The notes under the pieces were generated by a model. The model did no database searches, was not told the DNA's origin, and saw nothing but the letters and a program-made list of their open reading frames with translations. 54,810 bases of DNA, taken from positions 105,059 to 159,868 of the forward strand of contig JAIFWP010000002.1 of the NCBI GenBank assembly GCA_019661785.1. The letters run 5' to 3'. Each line of letters begins with the position of its first letter. The stretch's first letter is position 1. This stretch comes from Candidatus Parcubacteria bacterium. GTDB lineage: Bacteria > Patescibacteriota > Minisyncoccia > Phycocordibacterales > Zambryskibacteraceae. This document shows positions 48,779 through 54,810 of the stretch, piece by piece. Both the position numbers and the translations under genes were made by a program.

Positions 48779-48803
48779 ACCGCCTCATACGGGCGGTTTT
48801 GTA
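48779..48803 (+). terminator. Rho-independent terminator
   Basis: ACCGCCTCATACGGGCGGT followed by TTTGTATT. It abuts the convergent cls stop. Confidence 0.7.
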
Positions 48804-50123
48804 TTAGTACTGCTTAGCGAAAATCCTAGAGACTCTGCCAAAGAGCCTGTCGAGCACTCTTATCTTGAAGCTGTCCCCGGTGATCTCCTTCGAGCGTCTC
48901 TTGTCGAGCATAAACTCCTTCTCTATATCAGCGGCAAGTGCGCGGTCCTCTATGCCCATGAGGTTCTCGACATTTAGTGTAGATGAGCGATTGTCGAGGT
49001 TGGCGCTGCCTATTACTGACCAGTGCCCATCGACTGTTACAATCTTCGAGTGCATGTGAGCCGGTGCATATTCATATATATGTATCCCAGCATCGAGTAT
49101 CTCCTTGTAGTATGAGCGGCTGGCGAGCTGCACCACGCGCGAGTCTACATATGGCCCAGGCACTAGTATGTCTACCTCAACGCCCTCACTTGCTTTCTGC
49201 TTCAGAGCCTTGAGGATGTTGCTGTTTGGCAGCATGTATGGGGTCTCTATATAGATGTGATTCTCGGCGCCCATGATGGAGAGCCAGAGGAACTGGTATA
49301 AGCTCTTCTCCAGGTCGGGAGTAGGCGAGTGGTATAGAGGGATAAAGCATGTGCCCTTGCATGTGTCTGATACAGCGTAGTTCGGCAGGCTGGGATAAAA
49401 GCTCTCACCCGAGAGCAGTTCGCCGTTTGTCTGGCGCCAGAGGTCCGCGAACATGTCTTGAATGCTCCGCGCGGGCAACCCGGTGAACTTGAACATGATA
49501 TCTCGCCATTCGCCGGGCTCCTCTCCCTTGCCGAGCCACTCATCGTTGAAGGCTACTCCGCCTATGTAGCCCGTCTCTCCATCCACGGCCATAGCTCGCA
49601 GATGCGTGCGTTTGTTGAGGCGAGTGAGAGTCTTTAGCCCTATTGGCCTGAACTTCGCTATTTTGCCTCCAGCCTTCTCCAAGGCTGCAACCTTATCTTT
49701 GGGCGCCCCGAGAGAGCCCTTACCGTCCATGAGGACTCTCACTTCTACACCGGCCGATGCTCTCTCAGTCAGAGCGTCGAATATCTCACTCGTCATGTTA
49801 CCTTTCTTCCAAATGTAGTTGGCCAGGGTTATAGAGCGTTTTGCCCCCTTTATCTCCTGAAGCAGGTCTGGGATGAACTCGTCGCCGTTATTGAGTATCT
49901 TCACACTGCCTTCTGCCAAAGGATATATGGGCGAGTGGGCGATGCTTGCCGCAGCTCTGTAGAACTCGGGTGTGCTGAGAGCCATAGGGACAGTGCTCCA
50001 CACCTCGACCTCGGTATCTGTCCAGGGAGTGAACCAGGCCAGCAGGGTGAGGGTCGTGGCGAGGACTCCTATGACTATGAGTGCAGTAATCATCTTAGGG
50101 TGGCCTATGAAATGCGCTTTCAT
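48804..50123 (-). CDS. cls: Cardiolipin synthase-like phospholipase D family protein
   Basis: 439 aa with an N-terminal TM helix. The second HKD motif is canonical (HSKIVTVDG...GSANLDNRS). The first is variant (HLRAMAVDG, K to R). Confidence 0.85.
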   Translation of the reverse strand: MKAHFIGHPKMITALIVIGVLATTLTLLAWFTPWTDTEVEVWSTVPMALSTPEFYRAAASIAHSPIYPLAEGSVKILNNGDEFIPDLLQEIKGAKRSITLANYIWKKGNMTSEIFDALTERASAGVEVRVLMDGKGSLGAPKDKVAALEKAGGKIAKFRPIGLKTLTRLNKRTHLRAMAVDGETGYIGGVAFNDEWLGKGEEPGEWRDIMFKFTGLPARSIQDMFADLWRQTNGELLSGESFYPSLPNYAVSDTCKGTCFIPLYHSPTPDLEKSLYQFLWLSIMGAENHIYIETPYMLPNSNILKALKQKASEGVEVDILVPGPYVDSRVVQLASRSYYKEILDAGIHIYEYAPAHMHSKIVTVDGHWSVIGSANLDNRSSTLNVENLMGIEDRALAADIEKEFMLDKRRSKEITGDSFKIRVLDRLFGRVSRIFAKQY

Positions 50124-50179
50124 ATAAGCTGTCTATGTATAGACGGTTTTCCGTTAAATTCTCTACAATACGAAACTGT

Positions 50180-50428
50180 CTACTTGTAATTCACGAAGTC
50201 GGAGAGCTTCCGCACTTTTTCCTCAAGTTCTTCTATCTTCTTATCATCTTCCTCGTGGTGTTTGAAGAATCTTATGAGTCTTGGCCATATGAGTACGCCG
50301 ATGATGAGGTCGAAGATGACTATGAGGAAGACTTCAAACTCCCAGTGGGGGAGGTTAGTGAGCAGGGTCCAGAATGTTTCCTGTTCGGGCATGTATATCC
50401 AGACTACTCTCGTTTTCATAAAATGCAA
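50180..50428 (-). CDS. Small membrane protein, hypothetical
   Basis: 82 aa, or 79 aa from the ATG at 50419. It has one TM helix (VFLIVIFDLIIGVLIW) and a charged coiled C-terminus. Confidence 0.5.
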   Translation of the reverse strand: MHFMKTRVVWIYMPEQETFWTLLTNLPHWEFEVFLIVIFDLIIGVLIWPRLIRFFKHHEEDDKKIEELEEKVRKLSDFVNYK

Positions 50429-50443
50429 AACCGCCCCAAGGTT

Positions 50444-50752
50444 TCAAGCCTTAGGGCGGATGCGTTGCGGGAAACTCAGAAGGATGCTCATCATGGTGTC
50501 ATCGAGCGCGTCTTCAGGTGTACCTACTTGTTTCAGGTACTGCCTCAGTCTCGCCTTGGTCATGTTGATATTCGGGAAGAGCAGGTCCCACATAAAGAAG
50601 ATTGCTTCGCCGGAACGCTCCTTGAAAGCCTCCTCCTTTCTTTCGTCCTTGGTTATCTCTGCTTTCTCTCTGCTTCCTTCGACAACCCCAAGGACTCGGA
50701 TACTTCTGCTGTTAGGAATCGTACCAAGAATGGCCCAAATCTCTTCACGCAT
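50444..50752 (-). CDS. Hypothetical protein, 102 aa
   Basis: SD GGAG lies 6 nt upstream of the ATG. The hairpin terminator CCGCCCTAAGG...CCTTGGGGCGG plus TTTTGCATTTT overlaps the next gene's start. Confidence 0.5.
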   Translation of the reverse strand: MREEIWAILGTIPNSRSIRVLGVVEGSREKAEITKDERKEEAFKERSGEAIFFMWDLLFPNINMTKARLRQYLKQVGTPEDALDDTMMSILLSFPQRIRPKA

Positions 50753-50882
50753 ATGAATCTCCGTATTTAGCCTTTTTGTACCTTACACTTTATTATATGA
50801 AAAATCAAAAGAGGTGAAGGGATTGGTGCCCTCCGCCAGACAAAAAAGAAAAACCGACATAAAGCCGGCTTTCTTTTTGTTG

Positions 50883-51280
50883 TGGAGGTGAAGGGATTGA
50901 ACCCATGTCCGAAAGGTGCACCGAAGCGAGTTTACAAGGCCTAGAGTAGCTTGTGTTTTAAACGAGTGAGCTAAAAGCTAAACGGAACACTCACTCATCG
51001 ATCTCTTGTCTTAAATCCTAAAGTGAGAAGCTAGAGGATAGCAGTCCCGCAGATGAAGCATCTTTCCTCCTCGTGCCGGACGGCGGGGAAGAAGACGTTC
51101 GCTTAGGGTCGAGTATTAAGCTCGAACGTAAGAGAAAGCAAAGTCATTAGCCGTATAAAACGGTGAGACGATTGCTCGTGCGACTTTTGAGGTTGCACTT
51201 AGGTTTCCGAGGGATTAAGGAGTCCTCGGAGCTCCGCCTTGAACGAATCGGGGCAGTCTGACGTCTAAACTGACACCCCC
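50883..51280 (-). ncRNA. ssrA: tmRNA (SsrA), tag reading frame ANDFAFSYVRA*
   Basis: The 5' GGGGGUG pairs with the 3' CACCUCC-A, including the G3:U70 alanine identity pair. There is a T-arm-like GGGUUCAAUCCC. The resume codon GCU and tag ORF are at 51151-51116. The gene lies directly downstream of smpB. CCA is not encoded. Confidence 0.9.
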
Positions 51281-51289
51281 GTATTTAAA

Positions 51290-51727
51290 TTACAATGTTC
51301 TCTTGAGGTCCCGCTCGGTGTCGCGCTTTTTAATAGACTCGCGCTTGTCGAACTTTCTTTTGCCGCGGGCTATAGCGACATCGAGCTTGAGGAACCTTCC
51401 TTTATTGTACAGCTTAAGTGGCACTATTGTCAAGCCCTTGGTAGCCTCAGCCTCGGCGAGTTCCGTTATCTCCTCCTTGGCTAGGAGGAGCCTCCTGGCT
51501 CGGTCGGATTCATAACTCTCACTTGTATTATTAGGCTGATAGGGAGCGATGTCAGCACCCAAGAGATAAGCCTCCTTGCCTCTTATAGAGACGAAGGAGC
51601 CATTCAAGATGGCTTTGCCGGACCTTGCGCTCTTCACCTCTGGGCCCAGAAGCTCAATGCCAGCCACGAAAGTTTTGAGTATCTCGTAGTCAAAGCGGGC
51701 CTTCCTATGCTCTGCGTAGACAGTCAT
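51290..51727 (-). CDS. smpB: SsrA-binding protein SmpB
   Basis: I chose the internal ATG at 51727. AEHRKARFDYEILKTFVAGIELLGPEVKS.RSGKA... is an SmpB pattern. Confidence 0.93.
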   Translation of the reverse strand: MTVYAEHRKARFDYEILKTFVAGIELLGPEVKSARSGKAILNGSFVSIRGKEAYLLGADIAPYQPNNTSESYESDRARRLLLAKEEITELAEAEATKGLTIVPLKLYNKGRFLKLDVAIARGKRKFDKRESIKKRDTERDLKRTL

Positions 51728-51735
51728 TGTGGAGA

Positions 51736-51745
51736 ATGATAGCAT
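51736..51745. promoter_or_regulatory. Overlapping divergent extended -10 boxes: plus-strand TGaTAGCAT 6 nt before the ftsH ATG, minus-strand TGcTATCAT 8 nt before the smpB ATG
   Basis: The near-palindrome ATGATAGCAT sits in a 24-nt divergent intergenic region. Confidence 0.45.
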
Positions 51746-51751
51746 GCGGAT

Positions 51752-53773
51752 ATGGACCCAAAGGAGCAGGACAAATCTACAGAGAAAAATACACCCAACC
51801 TCTCTCCGAAGGATGAGAGACGCCAAGCCGAGAGGCGCAAGCGCCTTCTCGTGACTCGTATCGGAGCAGACAGACGCCGCAGCGGCCCATCACCGCAGAA
51901 GCCCACAACTCCTCCGAAGAACCTCATAACTCAGGCCGTAGTCGCTGTCGTCATCTTCGTAGCGCTTGTCTCCCTATACTCCTTCTTCTCCGGCTTTGGC
52001 GACAAGAAGGAAGTTGTCGGCCTCTCTGACCTCTCGCAGAACATCTCTCAAGGCTTGGTGAAGAGCATCGTTATAAAGGGCGACAATCTCACCGTCGAGT
52101 ACAAGGACGGCAGCACTAAGCTGTCGAAGAAGGAGGAGGGGACTGCGCTCAGCACCACTCTTACGAATTACAAAGTGCCGGAGGCTGCTCTCTCCAAGGT
52201 CAATATGAGCGTAGAGAACAATCAGGGTCTCGGATTCTGGATACTCTCGCTTGCTCCAATACTCCTGCCCATACTCTTCGTCATCTTCTTCCTCTGGTTT
52301 ATGTCGAGGCAGGTGAAGGGCGCTGGCATGCAAGCCTTCTCCTTCGGACAGTCGAAGGCGCGCCTCATACACCCCGACGACAAGGGCAGCCGCATCACCT
52401 TCAAGGATGTTGCTGGCGCTAAGGAGGCCAAGGAGGAGCTCGGGGAGATTGTAGACTTCTTAAGGAATCCAAAGAAGTTCCTCGACATAGGCGCCCGCAT
52501 ACCTAAGGGCATACTGCTCATGGGCGCTCCGGGCACGGGCAAGACCATGCTCGCGAGAGCGGTGGCAGGAGAGGCTGGGGTATCCTTCTTCTCTATATCT
52601 GGTTCGGAGTTCGTTGAGATGTTCGTCGGTGTTGGCGCCTCGCGCGTGCGCGACCTCTTCGACATGGCCAAGCGTGCTTCGCCGGCTATCATCTTCGTCG
52701 ACGAGATAGATGCTGTCGGCCGCGTGCGCGGTACGGGCATGGGAGGGGGCAATGACGAGCGCGAGCAGACCTTGAACCAGATCCTCGTCGAGATGGACGG
52801 CTTCGAGCCAACAGAGAAGGTCATCGTCATGGCCGCTACCAACCGCCCAGATGTGCTCGACCCGGCTCTGCTGCGCCCTGGACGCTTCGACCGTCGCGTC
52901 ACCCTCGACCTGCCAGACAGGAAGGATAGACTGGAGATACTGACCATTCATTCCAGGAAGAAGCCCTTTGCTGAGGATGTGAATCTCGCAGTTATAGCCG
53001 AGCGTACACCAGGATTCTCTGGCGCTGACCTCTACTCGCTTATGAACGAGGGAGCAATACTTGCTGCACGCGAGAACCGCCTCAAGGTTGCCCAGTACGA
53101 CCTCATACGTTCTATAGAAAAGGTGATGATAGGGCCAGAGCGCAAGAGCCATATTTTAAACAAGAAGGAGAAGGAAATTACCGCATATCACGAGGGCGGA
53201 CACGCTCTGGTGTCTTCAGTCCTGCCTTACGCCGACCCAGTACACAAGATATCTATCATTGCGCGCGGTCGTGCGGGGGGTTATGTATTCAAGCTGCCGC
53301 TCGAGGAGAACAAGCTCCAGACCAAGAAGGAGTTCCTCGACGACATCGCTGTCACTCTCGCCGGATACGTAGTGGAGAAGAGCATCTTCGGCGATGTCTC
53401 TACCGGTCCGTCGAACGACTTGCAGGTCGCTACGGCCATCGCTCGCGACATGGTGGCCAAGTACGGCATGAGCGACAAGCTAGGGCCAGTAGCCTTCGAG
53501 AGTCAGCCGGGACGTCCGCTGTTTGGGGCGAACATCGAGCAGAGGGGCTTCTCCGAGGAGATTGGGGCTCAGATAGACGCCGAGGTATATAAGATAATTG
53601 ATGACGGCATGAAGCGCGCGGCCAAGGTCATTAAGGATCATCGCAGTACTCTCGACGCCATAGCCAAGCGCCTCATCGAGGTCGAGACCATAGAGCAGAA
53701 GGACTTCGAGGACATCCTCATTGCCCACAAGATCACTCCTAAGAGGAAGAAGGATTTAGAACACCAGAAGTAG
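51752..53773 (+). CDS. ftsH: ATP-dependent zinc metalloprotease FtsH
   Basis: 673 aa. It has a TM anchor, Walker A GAPGTGKT, Walker [12 protein letters not shown] and HEGGH zinc motif. The N-terminal ~60 aa form a basic, disordered extension. Confidence 0.97.
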   Translation: MDPKEQDKSTEKNTPNLSPKDERRQAERRKRLLVTRIGADRRRSGPSPQKPTTPPKNLITQAVVAVVIFVALVSLYSFFSGFGDKKEVVGLSDLSQNISQGLVKSIVIKGDNLTVEYKDGSTKLSKKEEGTALSTTLTNYKVPEAALSKVNMSVENNQGLGFWILSLAPILLPILFVIFFLWFMSRQVKGAGMQAFSFGQSKARLIHPDDKGSRITFKDVAGAKEAKEELGEIVDFLRNPKKFLDIGARIPKGILLMGAPGTGKTMLARAVAGEAGVSFFSISGSEFVEMFVGVGASRVRDLFDMAKRASPAIIFVDEIDAVGRVRGTGMGGGNDEREQTLNQILVEMDGFEPTEKVIVMAATNRPDVLDPALLRPGRFDRRVTLDLPDRKDRLEILTIHSRKKPFAEDVNLAVIAERTPGFSGADLYSLMNEGAILAARENRLKVAQYDLIRSIEKVMIGPERKSHILNKKEKEITAYHEGGHALVSSVLPYADPVHKISIIARGRAGGYVFKLPLEENKLQTKKEFLDDIAVTLAGYVVEKSIFGDVSTGPSNDLQVATAIARDMVAKYGMSDKLGPVAFESQPGRPLFGANIEQRGFSEEIGAQIDAEVYKIIDDGMKRAAKVIKDHRSTLDAIAKRLIEVETIEQKDFEDILIAHKITPKRKKDLEHQK

Positions 53774-53779
53774 CAAACA

Positions 53780-53810
53780 AAAAGCCCCGGATATCCGGGG
53801 CTTTTTTGTT
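53780..53810 (+). terminator. Rho-independent terminator after ftsH
   Basis: AAAAGCCCCGGATATCCGGGGCTTTTTTGTT. Confidence 0.8.
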
Positions 53811-53822
53811 ACAAACAGAGTT

Positions 53823-54011
53823 TTACATGCACTCCTTGCAGTTCTTCTTGTGGCCTACGATTTCGATAATAGCCGAGATGCCGATGAGGATATATACCAC
53901 CATCATGAGGCCAGCTGGTAGCCAGTTCTGGATACCGTAGCCTAAGGCTGTGAGGCCCCAGTTCAAGCCACCGATGATGAGGAGAACGAATGCGATCTTG
54001 TGAAGCTTCAT
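53823..54011 (-). CDS. DUF378-family small membrane protein
   Basis: 62 aa. IAFVLLIIGGLNWGLTAL is the DUF378 signature. Confidence 0.75.
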   Translation of the reverse strand: MKLHKIAFVLLIIGGLNWGLTALGYGIQNWLPAGLMMVVYILIGISAIIEIVGHKKNCKECM

Positions 54012-54081
54012 TGTTATTTATTATTCCGACGCCTTTGGGTCGGAACTCCGACCACTCCGTGCGTCGGAGCTGTTAACTCTT

Positions 54082-54384
54082 CTATTCTACCTTCTCCGGA
54101 TGAGCTTGAGTATCTTTCTTATCCTCAGTTTCTTTGTGCCAGTTCCAGTGTGGATGCTCGCCCTTGAGATAGCAGACTATGAGGAAGGGGGTCGAGAGGA
54201 TGATGAAGTCGAAGGCAAAGCTAATGAGGAAGTCCGAGGCCGAGTGCTCCAAACTGGCCTTGGTGGCGTAGTGTACGAGCCCGGCAAGGTAGATGAAGGT
54301 GAGTACCCAGCCCTCCCAAGTGATAGGCGTCCACCCCCAGCCAAAGCGCTTGGCTTTAAACCAAAGTTTCTTTTCATCATTCAT
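54082..54384 (-). CDS. Small membrane protein, hypothetical
   Basis: I chose the ATG at 54384 (MNDEKKLWFKAKRFGWGW...), which has TACAAT 6 nt upstream on the minus strand. The ORF track extends to a GTG at 54402. Confidence 0.55.
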   Translation of the reverse strand: MNDEKKLWFKAKRFGWGWTPITWEGWVLTFIYLAGLVHYATKASLEHSASDFLISFAFDFIILSTPFLIVCYLKGEHPHWNWHKETEDKKDTQAHPEKVE

Positions 54385-54404
54385 TGTTATATTGTATACC
54401 ACAT

Positions 54405-54478
54405 CCGCCCTTAGCTCAGTTGGTTAGAGCACAGAGCTTATACCTCTGGGGTCCTTGGTTCGAATCCAAGAGGGCGGA
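54405..54478 (+). tRNA. tRNA-Ile (anticodon UAU)
   Basis: A hand fold gives a perfect cloverleaf. Acceptor CCGCCCT/AGGGCGG (C1-G72), D-arm GCTC/GAGC with GG, anticodon stem CAGAG/CTCTG with loop CTTATAC, T-arm CTTGG-TTCGAAT-CCAAG, discriminator A. CCA is not encoded. Confidence 0.85.
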
Positions 54479-54648
54479 CAATTAACGGGGTTAATTGTCC
54501 GAGCCGGAGCGCGACGGCGCGAGGCGGGGTCGCGAGATTTTTCAACAGAAAAATACTTGTGACGACAAAGACTATCCGAGCCCTAGAGTGGCAAAGAAAA
54601 AGCGGCGGAACGTGTGTTACGTTCCGCCGCTGACCTTTCCACGTGCGA

Positions 54649-54810
54649 CTACTTGAGGTGCGTTTCCAGCATCCGCGCGCGCAGCGCGTTTGCCGATGCT
54701 CCCGAGTAGATGCCGCACGTGACATGCGTCGACCTGATGCCCTGAGTGACCAGGTTGCCCTTCAGGAAGATGTCGTCGCGGCTGAGTACGAGTCCGTTTG
54801 TACTCTCGTA
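54649..54810 (-). CDS. Partial CDS (C-terminal 53 codons; continues beyond the window), unknown function
   Basis: The minus-strand frame is open from the window edge to TAG at 54651-54649 (...GNLVTQGIRSTHVTCGIYSGASANALRARMLETHLK*). Minus-strand terminator AGCGGCGGAACGT/ACGTTCCGCCGCT plus TTTTTCTTTG follows at about 54595-54635. Confidence 0.45.
   Translation of the reverse strand, partial: YESTNGLVLSRDDIFLKGNLVTQGIRSTHVTCGIYSGASANALRARMLETHLK

Noticed and set aside
1-54810. Alternative genetic code (UGA recoding, as in some CPR lineages).
   Set aside because: All conserved genes (EF-G, EF-Tu, SecY, FtsH, r-proteins) are full length under the standard code with no in-frame TGA, and several end in TGA.

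Overview
This window is a 54.8-kb chromosomal segment dominated by translation and housekeeping genes. It carries str/S10/spc-type ribosomal-protein clusters, fusA, tuf, secY, adk, map, infC-rpmI-rplT, smpB plus tmRNA, ftsH, and glycolysis/repair genes (tpiA, pgk, recJ, rnhA, xth, sodA). There is also a 6.9-kb same-strand run of surface genes, 3271-10211. It contains a collagen-like fibre protein with a phage-type S74 chaperone domain, a GW-repeat/PKD protein, PilB, PilC and three pseudopilins. Several traits fit a reduced Patescibacteria/CPR-type genome (inference only): no L30 gene between rpsE and rplO, shortened L3/L15/Pgk, a split ComEC, and very short intergenic spacers. I saw no rRNA, CRISPR array, transposase or integrase. 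Three things stand out. (1) About 13 small ORFan cassettes interrupt otherwise universally conserved operons. Each has a strong Shine-Dalgarno site, most end in a GC-hairpin terminator, and several have a recognisable promoter. One is a three-gene antisense block between rplE and rpsN; another is an HD (SpoT-hydrolase-like) gene between infC and rpmI. (2) Almost none of the roughly 35 core genes checked has an SD. At least a dozen transcription-unit starts instead have a (TGn)TAnnnT box 6-8 nt upstream of the start codon, which is leaderless-mRNA geometry. In divergent gene pairs the two -10 boxes overlap. (3) Smaller oddities: a frameshifted tpiA 3' end, rplJ-rplL relocated between rplB and rpsS, a tRNA-Ile with a genomically encoded UAU anticodon, a 15-nt duplication of the tmRNA 3' end, and two orphan promoter-to-terminator units without ORFs. 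All functional calls come from reading the translations and motifs. No database search was run.
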